DNA of 64,000 bases from Eledone cirrhosa (GCA_964016885.1 OZ024757.1:3534001-3598000); one strand, 5' to 3'; positions 1 through 11,956 are shown, counted from the first letter of the stretch. Program-made: numbers and translations. Notes: generated by a model from the letters alone, not told the origin.

Positions 1-200
1 TCCGATATAAAACCTGCGGCTCAGTAGTTACCGATGATGTTGATCTTTTCTTCTTTTCGGGTTATAGCTACTGTCGCTCAGAGAGTGGGATTGGCTCAGT
101 GCACAGTCTTTCCTCACTTTAAACAATATCTTCACGCACAGGCATTGCACGATAGCATATCGTGCAATGGCCATACTCGATAACGAGGGGGCAGCAATCA
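1..200 (+). mobile_element. 3' part of non-autonomous RTE-like element (family C), ending in (ATGT)n
   Basis: Aligns by eye to 1961-2317 (gatataa.acctgc, atgatgttga, gagagtggga.tggct, cacaggcattgc, tggcc.tactcga.aacgag..ggcagc) and ends in a TATG repeat. Confidence 0.6.
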
Positions 201-246
201 TGTATGTATGTGTGTATGTATGTATAAGTGTGTGTATGTATGTATG

Positions 247-1610
247 TTTTCTCTTTCTCTTAATTTCGAGTATATTTTTTTGACCGGCCACCTTCCTGGT
301 GGCAAGGTTGTAAATGAAAAGAAATTGTCATCCCTTGAATAGCAAGAATGTTTTGCAAATTTTGAAGGTGCCAGCTATCGCAGCCATTTGTAGACTATGA
401 ATTAGGGAGCTGCGCTCTTTGTCCGCAAATCCAAGTTCAGTCATACTTTGGTCCAAGCGGGTTGGTATATAACCCGTAGCACCAATATTGATGGGTATGA
501 AGCTAAAGGTGTATCTTGGATACTGGATTTGTAAACTCCTCATCAATGGTCCATAGATGTCCTCCTTCTCCTGTATTTTTCTGACAACGTTTACATCATG
601 TGGGCAGCTGATCTCCAGAACAGAACACGTTTTCAATGTGTGGTCCCAAACTACACTATCAGGCCGGTTGTGCTTTAATTTGGTGGCAGTTTTTATTTTC
701 AGGTTCCACAAGTATTCCTTAGTGCCATCTGTCTCAATATATTCTACCTCGTTTGTTGTTAATTTTGTTTTCCGAAGTGCGGTCCAGATGGTTCTAGCTA
801 TCCCATCGTGTTTCATGGGGAGGTAGTAGCGAGATGACATTCTTTCGCAGCTGGCAACAATGTAGCTTACATCCTCGATCTTTGTTTTACATAGGCTACA
901 TTTATTGTCAGCTGCTGGCCCTCCTCTTTTGTGCAGCAGATATTTGGTAGGGAGTTCTTGTTCCTGTATTGCATAGATACATCAAGGTGTGATGTCATAA
1001 ACTTGTCGGAACTCCATGCCAGGCTTTTTGAGTGGTTTATCCCTTCTATGGTCTGTGTTTTACGCCTCAAGTATCCATGCATAACTTTTTCTGTAAATTG
1101 GTCAATTTTTATATCTTGTTTGAACATTGAATAGGATCTTCCGATTTCTCTGGGTGAGAGATTTATATCAGGCTTTATTCCATATCTCTCCTCCAGATCA
1201 GTCGCTATTCTAATGATATTTCTTTTTTCATGCTCATAAACCTGGGCAAGATGGTTGCCAACCTTTTTCCTCTGTTGAAGGTGTTGCGTCAGTGTTACTA
1301 TCCAGGTCTCATATGTTGTTAATATTAATTTTAGACCCCGGCCACCTTCCTTGAATGAGAAGTATAGCCTATCCACATCACCATTGATGTTAAAGTTCCC
1401 AGTAACACTGAGAAGTTTGCGAGTACTAACATCCATCTCACTTAGTTCTTGCAATGACCAGTTCAGTAGGCCAAATGTTGGCGTTTAAATTGTCACAGCA
1501 TAAGTATTGTGGGCAATGTATTTGTTGTATGCTGACAGTTCTGATGACCATATTTTCTTTACTCTTCTGAGGTATTCAGTTCTGGTTCTCTCCTTATTTA
1601 TGGGTCCATC

Positions 1611-1612
<2 letters not shown>
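247..1612 (-). mobile_element. 5'-truncated R4/Dong-clade RLE non-LTR retrotransposon (family A, copy 1), frameshifted
   Basis: ORFs 867-1454 and 328-840 give post-RT GDVDRLY/EGGRGL, KHD, HNRPD, EISCP, EKEDIY and IGATG motifs. 3'UTR hairpin GCCACC-AGGAA-GGTGGC. Flanked on both sides by (TATG)n. Confidence 0.9.
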
Positions 1613-1641
<29 letters not shown>

Positions 1642-1706
1642 TGTATGTATGTATGTATGTATGTATGTATGTATGTATGTATGTATGTATGTATGTATGT
1701 ATGTAT
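1613..1706. repeat. (TATG)n microsatellite
   Basis: Perfect tetranucleotide run between two insertions. Confidence 0.98.
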
Positions 1707-2317
1707 GGTCAGGTCACCAGTTGGTGCTACTGGTAACATGTATCCCAGTACAACCTGTCTCATGGTCGGGTCGTTGGCGACTAAACTGGCAACCCCACCA
1801 ACGTTTCTTGGTGAGGAGGGTGACTTTGGACATCCTGCAGGACTAAAAACAAAACCTGTCAAAAGGCAAAGGAGCTCTTAAGAGTCAATGGCCATCCAAA
1901 ATCCCCGGGAGAGATGACCCCTTAGCCTTTGTCAAGGCAGAATTCTAGGAGAAGGAAAACTCTGATATAACACCTGCAACCCTGATGGTATCCAATGATG
2001 TTGACTTGTTCTTCTTTTTGGTAAATATCATCTTGGTTAAGAGAGTGGGACTGGCTTTGTGCAGTGCCTTTGCCCACTATAAAAGCTTCACGGCACAGGC
2101 ATTGCTTTATATCTGGAGATCTCTCTGCACTTGTCGTCATATGGTACCATGGGCCCAGCACTATGTGTCAATAATTGTCACAAGTATAGTGTTTGTACCA
2201 GAGTTTTCAAGTCGCTGGCTGGACTAAAAAGTCACACTCGTTCAGCGCATTGGTAGGGGTTCTCCAACATGGATATAGGGCAGTGGCCGTACTCGAAAAC
2301 GAGTTGGCAGCCACCAT
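1707..2317 (+). mobile_element. Non-autonomous RTE-like element (family C), ~610 bp, no coding capacity
   Basis: Bounded by TATG repeats. Carries motifs recalled from RTE 5' regions (ctggcaacccc, ctaggagaaggaaaactctga). Second partial copy at 1-200. Confidence 0.55.
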
Positions 2318-2696
2318 GTATGTATGTATGTATGTGTATGTGTGTATATACCTGTTGAAACACAGTAGAAATAATACAACACCCCTCCCCCCATTTCCCT
2401 AATTACCATAGTTGGTTACCTGGTTACTTACATATACCTCCGTCGCTTTCGACGAAGAGTATCCCAGTTGTTCGATAAACGAAACGTGTTCATTAAATTA
2501 ACGTCCAAGTGACCGAGCATTCCACAGACACGTGTATCTTTAGAGAAATTCTCAGGGAGATTCAGAATGATACAGCGTGTTACACAGCTGGTCATTTGAA
2601 CTACAAGTATAATCCATCCGACGGGCTTCCATGCAGTTTCCGTCCACCCAATTAAACTGACAAGGCTTGGGTCAACCCAAAAACTTGCTCTGGATG

Positions 2697-2975
2697 TGGA
2701 GGCATATAGCCTAGGGGTAAGGATGTTGGACTTAAGATTATAATCTCATGGTTTCGATTCCTGGGCTGGGTTGTATGTCGTTTTCTCGAGTGAAGACCTC
2801 ATTTCATGTTGCTCCAGTATACTCAGCTGATAATGAGTACCTGCAATAGCTGGGATTTTAACCCTGCGATGAACTGGCGTCCTGTCCAGGGGAGAGTCTT
2901 GTACTCTGAGTCACGCCACGGAAACCGACATAAGTAGTGGCCTGATGAGCCTCTATGCTCGAGAAAGACTTTAAG
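2697..2975 (+). mobile_element. tRNA-derived SINE
   Basis: A-box-like tagcctaggggt and B-box-like ggtttcgattcc, then body gttgctccagtatactcagctg. A related minus-strand copy lies at ~27160-27290. Confidence 0.7.
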
Positions 2976-3075
2976 CTCTTTGAGAATGTCAAGCAATAGA
3001 ATAGAACTCAGGACCCAGCGCCTTAGCCATTCTGCCATACTCCGTCCCCTTAATTACAAAATAATCAGAACTTAC

Positions 3076-3322
3076 CTTCCTATCAGCAGGAATTTTCCAA
3101 CTGCATCTTGTCTTCTTGTAGCCATGAAGAAATTCTTTACTGTCATCCCTTCACAGAAACACACCACCACTTTTGCACGACTCGTCTCCATTAAACTTTT
3201 CACCAAGTTGTCGAATTTAATATCATTAGCGTTACTGTGGATTCCTTCACTGCTTGCTATACACACGTTGTGGGTCTTTGCCAATCTTTTAAATGTGTCC
3301 ATTCCACTTGAGCCGTAGCTAC
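3076..3322 (-). CDS. GRM1/5-like: Internal exon of a metabotropic glutamate receptor (group I, mGluR1/5-like), Venus flytrap domain
   Basis: Translates (G)SYGSSGMDTFKRLAKTHNVCIASSEGIHSNANDIKFDNLVKSLMETSRAKVVVCFCEGMTVKNFFMATRRQDAVGKFLLIG(S), matching the mGluR1/5 pattern GNYGESG...ARVVACFCEGMTV...FLLLGSDGW. Acceptor is ctctctcttttcaaag| at 3323 and donor is |GTAAG at 3075-3071. Confidence 0.93.
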
Positions 3323-3779
3323 CTTTGAAAAGAGAGAGGAAAGTAAAGAATTATGTTGTTATACCGGAGTTATCTTCTCTTGTTCTAACTGCGAAGTAAG
3401 AAGTGTCATGGAGGTTAGTTATTTGAACATTTCGCTAAACAGGTGAAGTTTTATTTACATCTCAGTAAAAACAATTTAATAAAGAAAGATAAACTTTTTA
3501 GATTGAGAAGAAAGAATAGATGGAAAATAAGAAAATATTTTTAAAAAACGAAAAAGGAAAGGAAAGGGCTCTAGTGACACGGAAGAATGGGAAGGGTGAA
3601 GGGGAGGGTGATTGGGCTATGGGGCTGGGCCCCGCAGACAAGACTGCAAAATCATTGCCGTGGACTATAGCCAGCTACACCCGCTTCAGCAGCCATCCCT
3701 CCCCACGGGGCTCCTCCCTTTTGAAATACTTCATATGTAAATATAATTTAGTTGTTGAAGTGACGTCCAAACGAGTATC

Positions 3780-4300
3780 CTCTACCCCAAACTAACTTAC
3801 CCTCCACCTTTGGGTCCCGGCCGACAGGATGGAGAATACATTGCCCCGAAGGACGGTGAGGGAGACGTGCTGAAACAGCCACTCCACCTCGTGGGGCTCA
3901 TACCTCTGGGCAGCCAACTCCGCCCCGATAACAGTGAGTAGGGGTGTGGTCTGGGGGCCAAGGACACCAGGGGTCTCTACTGCTACAGGCTCTACCATAA
4001 ACCTATCACATCAGTAGGGATGTGGTCTGGGGGCCAAGAGAGCTGGAAGTCTCCACTGCTACAGATTCTACCACAAACCTATCAGAGAGCGGCTGAACCT
4101 TGAAAAGTTTGCTCTCTTAGGCTTGGTGGGCAGCAGAGCTTGGGTTGGTAGCTGAACGAACCAGGTTGTCAGTTGAGTAGGTCTCACAGCATATGGCATC
4201 CAAAATGAAGGGCCTGCCCCCGTGGAACGGTAAGATTGTCATGCCATCTGGCCTTTAGCCGTCCCCGCGGTCCAGCCCCACCGGCATCAGTTGTGAAGGG
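3780..4300. repeat. Dispersed GC-rich repeat, related to 10780-11340
   Basis: Shares cagtgag.aggggtgtggtctggggg and gtctc.actgctac.ggctc.acca with the 10.8-11.2 kb region. Class not determined. Confidence 0.55.
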
Positions 4301-4381
4301 AAGTATATACTACTCAGGTCATTCTTTATGAATCTCACATTTAATCCTGATATCCTCCTGTGTTTTTTTATTATTGAATAA

Positions 4382-4555
4382 TGTTTCTACTTTGGAATAT
4401 GGCCAGCAATTACCACAGTACTTTACTGGTACTTTCTTTTATCTACCCCGTAAGGACGAAAAGCAAAGTTAACCTGACAGGATTTGAAATCAGAACGTAA
4501 AGAGGCATAACTTCTATACTGCAAAGCATGTCTAACGCTCTACCGATTCTGCTGC
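4382..4555 (-). mobile_element. tRNA-derived SINE (Nin/Deu-like core), diverged copy
   Basis: tttctactttgg...tactggtactt...ccccgtaaggacgaaaagcaaagttaacct...gatttgaaatcag; same family as the copies at 15320, 16361, 26449, 27310 and 29732. Confidence 0.75.
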
Positions 4556-4714
4556 TGAAATGTTGATCACTTGTTTGCAGTTGAGTAAGGTGCTCCATCC
4601 GATGAAGCCAACACTCTTGAGTTTAAGTTTCTGTCTTGATCTAATCATTGAGAACTGACAGAAATAACCGGAGTGCTAGAATGAAGGGCGTCAAAGGAGA
4701 GAAAATATTTCAGT

Positions 4715-4850
4715 GGACTGAGGTCATACGATCGCGAACACAAGCGGCCGAAATGGGGTTCCTCGGGAGGGGCTTTTGGGTAAAGTTACTTGATAGAGTT
4801 GGTAACTCGGAGACGAGAAAGTCACTCCAGACAGAGCTGCTACTTCTGGT
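4715..4850 (+). mobile_element. RTE-clade LINE fragment (post-RT)
   Basis: IRSRTQAAEMGFLGR...LLDRVGNSETRKSLQ matches the RTE-type QAAEM.FLR...DRVRN..IR pattern. Confidence 0.75.
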
Positions 4851-4866
4851 AATGTATGTATGTATG

Positions 4867-5846
4867 TTATTTCTTTCTCTTAATTTCGAGTATATTTTTT
4901 TGACCGGCCACCTTCCTGGAGGCAAGGTTGTAAAAGAAAAGAAATTGTCATCCCTTGAATCGCAAGAATGTTTTGCAAATTTTGAAGGTGCCAGCTATCG
5001 CAGCCATTTGTAGGCTATGAATTAGGGAGCTGCGCTCTTTGTCCGCAAATCCAAGTTCAGTCATACTTTGGTCCAAGCGGGTTGGTATATAACCCGTAGC
5101 TCCAATAATGATGGGTATGAAGCTAAAGGTGTATCTTGGATACTGGATTTGTAAACTCCTCATCAATGGTCCATAAGTGTCCTCCTTCTCCTGTATTTTT
5201 CTGACAACGTTAACCTCAAGTGGGCAGCTGATCTCCACAACAGAACACGTTTACAATGTGTGGTCCCAAAGAACAATATCAGGCCGGTTGTGTTTTAATT
5301 TGGTGGCAGTTTTTATTTTCAGGTTCCACCAGTATTCCTTAGTGCCATCTGTCTCAATATATTCTACCTCGTTTGTTGTTAATTTTGTTTTCCGAAGTAC
5401 GTTCCAGATGGTTCTAGCTATCCCATCGTGTCTCATGGGGAGGTAGTAGCGAGATGACATTCTTTCGCAGCTGACAACAATGTGACTTACATCCTCGATC
5501 TTTGTTTTACATAGCCTACATTTATTGTCAGCTGATGGCCCTCCCCTTTTGTGCAGCAGATATTTGGTAGGGAGTTCTTGTTCCTGTATTGCATAGAGAT
5601 ATCCCTCAAGGTGTGATGTCATAAACTTGTAGGAACTCCATGCCAGGCTTTTTGAGTGGTTTATCTCCTCTATGGTCTGTGTTTTACGTCTCAAGTATCC
5701 ATGCACAACCTTTTCTGTAAATTGGTCAATTTTTTCATCTTGTTTGAACATTGAATAGGATCTTCCGATTTCTCTGGGTGAGAGATTTATATCAGGCTTT
5801 ATTCCATATCTCTCCTCCATATCAGTGGGTATACTAATGATATTTT
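4867..5846 (-). mobile_element. R4/Dong RLE element family A, copy 2 (5'-truncated)
   Basis: CRLCKTKIEDVSHIVVSC zinc knuckle, RHD, HNRPD, EISCP. Same 3'UTR as copy 1. TATG flanks. Confidence 0.92.
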
Positions 5847-5889
5847 ATGTATGTATGTATGTGTGTATGTATGTATGTATGTATGTATG

Positions 5890-6281
5890 TTTTCTCTTTC
5901 TCTTAATTTCGAGTATATTTTTTTGACCGGCCACCTTCCTGGTGGCAAGGTTGTAAATGAAAAGAAATTGTCATCCCTTGAATCGCAAGAATGTTTTGCA
6001 TATTTTGAAGGTGCCAGCTATCGCAGCCATTTGTAGACTATGAATTAGGGAGCTGCGCTTTTTGTCCGCAAATCCAAGTTCGGTCATACTTTGGTCCAAG
6101 CGGGTTGGTATATAACCCGTAGCACCAATAATGGTGGGTATGAAGCTAAAGGTGTATCTTGGATACTGGATTTGTAAACTCCTCATCAATGGTCCGTAGA
6201 TGTCCTCCTTCTCCTGTATTTTTCTGACAACGTTTACATCAAGTGGGCAGCTGATCTCCAGAACAGAACACGTTTTCAATG
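5890..6281 (-). mobile_element. R4/Dong RLE element family A, copy 3 (short 3' fragment)
   Basis: Near-identical to the 3' ends of copies 1 and 2. TATG flanks. Confidence 0.92.
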
Positions 6282-6364
6282 TGTATGTATGTATGTATGT
6301 ATGTATGTATGTATGTATGTATGTATGTATGTATGTATGTATGTACGTATGTGTGTGTGTATGT

Positions 6365-9300
6365 TCTTCTGGTTTTATAATTTCACAAAGTTTTACCAAT
6401 AGAGAGAGAGTCGGTTTCTAACATAGACACAAGACTCTCTCATTGGAATTTACACAACATCAACTGGGTAGATATGTATGTATGTCTGCGTGCATGCATG
6501 TGTTGATATGGATGTTATTGTATGTGTGGATGTGTATGTTTTGAGTTGTATCTGTGCATGTGTATATGCTTTGCATCTGTACATGTGTATATGCAATTAT
6601 TAGATGCAAAATTTTTGTAGTATTTTAAATATTTATACTGTTCCATTAATGCATTCTACTTGTAATTTCCTAACTAGTTGTGTTCTTTCTGTTCCTGTGA
6701 AGCCTAGTTTCTCAAGATTTGTATTGAGGCAGTTACTAACATATCCCAGTGCCCCAATAATCACAGACATAAATCTGAAGGTGTAATCAGGGTGGATTAT
6801 CAGCAGATTACTCATCAGTTCTGCATAAATATTCTCATTTCCACTAATCTTTGATATTATATTAGAATCTGCTAGGCAGCTAATTTCCACTACTGTGCAT
6901 GTATTTTTCTCCCTGTCCCATATCATAATATCTGGTCTGTTATGCCTGCATTTTATTGGGGTTTTTACTGGAACATTCCACCAGTACACTTTCATATTAT
7001 GTACATGGATGTCTTCCACATTGCTGTAGCTTTTAATGTGTTTATTATCGGGGCTATCTTTTTTACGGATTGCATTGTACAGTGTTTTGGCCACTACATC
7101 ATGGGTAGATAGTATCGCGATGACATCTTTAGACAGCTGCTGATGACATGGGTGACATCTTCGATGTTAATTCTGCAGAGTCTGAACTTGTTATCACATC
7201 TAGGTGTTTTGCCTGCATCCCTATCTCTTTCGTGTTAATTTCCTGTTCTTGGATTGCAAAAGCGTATCTTTCAAAGTGGGAGCCAATATAGCGGTTATTT
7301 GTCCAATATAGACTACTTTCCTTATCTATATTACTCTCACTCTGGAGCTTCCTGGAAACATATCCATGCATGATTTTTTTGCTAATAAGCATGCAGTTTT
7401 TCATCCATGGATTCACTGCGATACTGCTGAGCGACTTTCCTGGGTATGCGTTTTTGATTGTCACACAGGGAATATCTCTCGAGGAGTTCCTTCCCAACTC
7501 TCATGACCTTATCTGTTTCATGCAAACAGACTTGCTCGAGGAATGGGCTCCTACGCTTCGAGGTTCGTAGATGTCGGAGAGATATGATGCGACATTCAAA
7601 TGTTGTCTTGACCGATGTTAGGCCTCTGCCTCCCTGATTACGTTTCAAGTAAAGGCGGTGTATGTCACTGTTGATGTGGACGTTTCCGGTGTTGTTTAGT
7701 ATTTTTCGATTTCCAACATCAACTGCTCGGATTTCGTTTATCGTCCAATTGAGTATTCCAAACGTTGGTGTTAGGACAGGCACAGCAAACACATTGTGAG
7801 CCACTGTTTTGTTTTGCGCCGAGAGTTCCGATGACCAAATCTTTCTTAATCGGCTGTAGTATTCCCTGGTTACGCGTTCCTTATTACAGATACCATTATA
7901 GGATATGTTCTCATCTATCCCCAGGTATCGGGGAAACAGTTAGGCGATTGATGACAATGTTGCTAGATTGGGTTGTTATTTTTACCCGCTTTACAGTCAT
8001 GTATGAGCATTTATCTTGGCCAAACTCCATTCCTATAACCTTTGAGAACTTTGTAACCAGGTCAAGATTTTTCTTCATCCCGTCCATGTTCTTGGCATAG
8101 AGTTTCAGATCGTCCTCAAAGAAATTATGGGTTAGGTTCGTATTTCTGTCCTCCTGTGAGCCAATGGTGTATCCTTCACATTTCTTGAGCAGAAAAGACA
8201 AGGGATTTAATGACAAGATGAATAATATCACAGAGAGACTGTCTCCCTGAAATATACCCCTGCAATATTTTATTTTATCAGTGAAAATAGAGTCCTTCCT
8301 CTCTGTCTTTAACCTTAGGATAGTAGCCCAAGAAGGAGACAGTTCTCTATGGCACTGATAATAATGTTTGGGACTTTAACAAGTTGGAGGGCCTTTATCA
8401 TCCAAGAGTGGGGAACAGAATCGAAAGTTTTCCTGTAGTCCAGCCAGGCTGTAGCCATATTCCTATGACATCGCAGTTTTGTTGATTAGGAGTTGTTCAG
8501 CACATCCCCAAGCCCTATTCTTTCCAGTTGCTCGTTCATCTGTGATGAAGTTATTATTTTCACAGGGATCTTGTAGGAATAGGTTCAGGAAGGCTGTATA
8601 CATGTTATACACCAGGTTCTGGCATGCAATGGGTCGGTAGTTTTTTGCCAAGTGGGTGTCTTTGTTCTTGGGGACCAGTAATGTTTGTGCTAATGTCAAC
8701 CATTCTGGTAAAAGAACTTTTTGGTAAAGGTCAGTAAGATACCTCCGATAGAATATCAGTTTTTTGTACCAGTAGCTGACAGACATGTTTCATCCTGGTG
8801 TTTTCTTATCGTGGAGTTTTCCTATCACAGTATCAAGGGTACCCTCACTTATTTCGTATGTTTTTGTTGTAGTGTAGGAGCAATAGTTCTTTCGGATTTC
8901 CCTTAGCCACACTGCATCTTGGTTCAAATTTTTCTTTTCACCCCATATTTTTCTCCAAAAGGAATCTGTCTTTCTGGGATGGGGCCTCAGTGACACTTAT
9001 TATTTTGTTCTTCATATCTCTATAGACTGATGTTTGGTTTCTTCTAAATCTCTTATTAAGCACTTTTCTCTCATCTACCTTCTTCAGGTATCGGCGTTTT
9101 TCGCTGACAGCTCTCAATTCTTGTTTGAGGGTGATCAGCTTATATTGGAGAGTTCTGGTTCTACTGTTACCAAATATCGTCTCTATTTTATTTTTCACTC
9201 TTTGTTGGTGAGGCGTGATGTGTTTTTGTGTTTGTTTGCATGTAAGGAGCATTGTCACATATCCTATGGTTTTTCGTAGGTCAGCAATCTTTTTTCAATT

Positions 9301-9891
9301 TTAGCTATATATGATGGTATTTTTGGTGGTGTTCTGTTCGTGTTAATATCTCTGCTATCACCAAGATAATGCTTCACTGTCGTTGCTAAGGAATATAAAC
9401 AGGCGTTGAGTTGCCAGAATGCTGTGGTTTTTATCCGTCGTAAATTATCATCCCCTATTTCGTCAATAACACGTAATATTTCATTAAAGAGAATTAATTT
9501 CTCTCATTAAAGAGAATTAATTTCTCTCATTAAAGAGAATTAATTTCTCTCTGGAAGATTTCGTTGAGGGAAATTTTCAATTGTTTATACTTTTGATTAT
9601 CATTATCGATAGTATTTCCCACAATAGTCGAGGTAGACTCGGATGGTACACGTGGTGTCAAATTTCTTCGATTATTATTATTATCGATAGTGTTTTCCCT
9701 AGCATTCGAGGTAGACTTAGATGGTACAGGTGGTGTCACGTTTCTTACAGGCATAGTTGTTTCAAGGCGCTGTTCGACCTGGCTGCTCGGAAGTCTAGTA
9801 GCATGGTGACCTGTAGCACGTGTTGTTGATAACATGTTTGTTGTGGGGGACTTACAATTAATAATATTTATCTTATTTTTACGTTCAACAA
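6365..9891 (-). mobile_element. Near full-length decayed R4/Dong RLE retrotransposon (family B)
   Basis: Broken ORFs give NYRPIAC, EQLLINK, FFEDDLKLY (degenerate YxDD), GGRGL, AIQEQEI, HNRPD, EISCL and IGALG. 3'UTR hairpin CCAATGAGAGAGTC...GACTCTCTCTCTATTGG. TATG-type repeats at both ends. Confidence 0.9.
9481..9551. repeat. 23-bp tandem triplication (tcattaaagagaattaatttctc) inside family B
   Basis: Three adjacent copies are visible. Confidence 0.9.
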
Positions 9892-10062
9892 ATGTATGTA
9901 TGTGGGTGTGTATGTATGTATGTGTGTGTGTATGTGTTTATGAGTGTGTGTATGTATGTCTGTGTATATGTGTATGTATGTATGTAAGTATTTATGTATG
10001 TGTGTATTTATGTATGTGTGTATGTATGTATGCATGCCAATATTTATGTATGTATGTGTGTG

Positions 10063-10517
10063 TTATCTCTTTCTCTTAATTTCGAGTATATTTTTGACCG
10101 GCCACCTTCCTGGTGGCAAGGTTGTAAAAGAAAAGAAATTGTCATCCCTTGAATCGCAAGAATGTTTTGCAAATTTTGAAGGTGCCAGCTATCGCAGCCA
10201 TTTGTAGACTATGAATTAGGGAGCTGCGCTTTTTGTCCGCAAATCCAAGTTCAATTATACATTGGTCCAAGTCGGTTGGTATATAACCCTTAGCTCCAAT
10301 AATGATGGGTATGAAGCTAAAGGTGTATCTTGGATACTGGATTTGTAAACTCCTCATCAATAGTCCATAGGTGTCCGCCTTCTCCTGTATTTTTCTGACA
10401 ACGTTTACATCATGCGGGCAGCTGATCTCCACAACAGAACACGTTTTCAATATGTGGTCCCAAACAACAATATCAGGCCGGTTGTGCTTTAATTTGGTGG
10501 CAGTTTTTATTTTCAGT
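10063..10517 (-). mobile_element. R4/Dong RLE element family A, copy 4 (3' fragment)
   Basis: ORF 10142-10450 is near-identical to the other copies. Same 3'UTR. TATG flanks. Confidence 0.92.
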
Positions 10518-10780
10518 GTGTATGTATGTATGTATGTATGTATGTATGTATGTATGTATGTATGTATGTATGTATGTACGTATGTATATATGTATTTATG
10601 AATGTATGTATATATGTATGTGTGTATGAGAGCGAATGATTGAGGAAAAGAGAAAAGAGGGAAAGACTAAGGGCGAAGAGAGAGAGATGAGAATGAAAGT
10701 GGGATTGTTGCTGGTGGTTGTTGTGGTATGGGAGGTAGTGCTAGTGGTAGTGGTACTGGTAGTGGTGGTGGTGGTGGTGG

Positions 10781-11010
10781 CAACTCTGCCCCAATAGCAG
10801 TGAGGAGGGGTGTGGTCTGGGGGGAGGCAACTCTGCCCCAATAGCAGTGAGGAGGGGTGTGGTCTGGGGGGGGGTAACACTGCCCCAATAGCAGTGAGGA
10901 GGGGTGTGGTCTGGGGGGGGGGGACACTGCCCCAATAGCAGTGAGGAGGGGTGTGGTCTGGGGGGGGGGGGGGCACTGCTCCAATAGCAGTGAGGAGGGG
11001 TGTGGTCCGG
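10781..11010. repeat. G-rich ~47-bp minisatellite, 5 copies
   Basis: Unit tgccccaatagcagtgaggaggggtgtggtctgggggg... starts at 10787, 10834, 10881, 10928 and 10977. Confidence 0.92.
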
Positions 11011-11379
11011 GAGCGCTGGACATCTCCACTACGACAGGTTTGACAATAAGACAGCCCACTTGAGGGGCTTTACTCCTGTCGACACCATCTCTGCTCCGAT
11101 AGCTGTGTGTAGGGATGTTTTCGGTCCGAGGGTGATGAACGTCGGAAGTCTCCACTGCTACGGGCTCGACCACAAACTACCAGAGACCGGCCGATATTTG
11201 GACAGTTGGTCCTTTTTGACCTGGTGGGCGACACCAGGGAGTCGTAGTGGGGCCCTTTGTGGAATACGGAGATTCTAGGGAAGGTTTTAAAGTCTGGCAG
11301 AGCCCATCCCCTCTGTAGGTTTGAATAGAGCAGGATTTCCTCCAGAGAAGGATAGAAAGGGTGAGTGTGTCTGTGTGTG

Positions 11380-11419
11380 TGAGAGAGAGAGGGAGAGAGA
11401 GGAGGGAGAGAAAGAGAGA

Positions 11420-11484
<65 letters not shown>
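11380..11484. repeat. (GA)n microsatellite
   Basis: Directly visible. Confidence 0.95.
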
Positions 11485-11487
<3 letters not shown>

Positions 11488-11956
11488 ACCCCAGTAATTG
11501 ATTGGTCCTTATTTCATCGACCCCGAAAGGATGAAACGCAGGATTTGAACTGGGTCCCGGCCAACACCATGGGACGCAAAAGCGTGCGCCTTGCTGTCGG
11601 CAGGGACCCAACAGTTATGGTGGTTGTGGTGTTGTTGGTGTCGTTGTTATTGGTGGTGGTTTTGTTGTAGTTGTTAGTATTGCTGTGTTGTAGTTGACGC
11701 ACTGGAACAGCCACTCTACCCCACGGGGCTGGCAACACCCGGGGGAGGGGACAGCCAGCCCCTAAAGTCCATTTCTCACTGCATAACCCTTCAAGGATCT
11801 CTCATTGAATCGATTAATAAGAAATATATTTCACAGCATACTTAACTATCGATTATATAATTCCTAGCCTGTTTATAGACAAGTGATCGATACATAATTA
11901 TAACACACACATACACACACTCACACACATGCACTTATATATATATATATACACAT

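Noticed and set aside
2935-2970. CTGATGAGCC...GCTCGAGAAAG as a hammerhead
   Set aside because: No properly placed GAAA, stem III or stem I. It is part of a SINE tail.
2697-3045. tRNA genes
   Set aside because: A/B-box-like motifs belong to SINE heads, and no complete cloverleaf can be formed.
10781-11010. CRISPR-like repeat array
   Set aside because: No unique spacers and no cas genes. It is a eukaryotic minisatellite.
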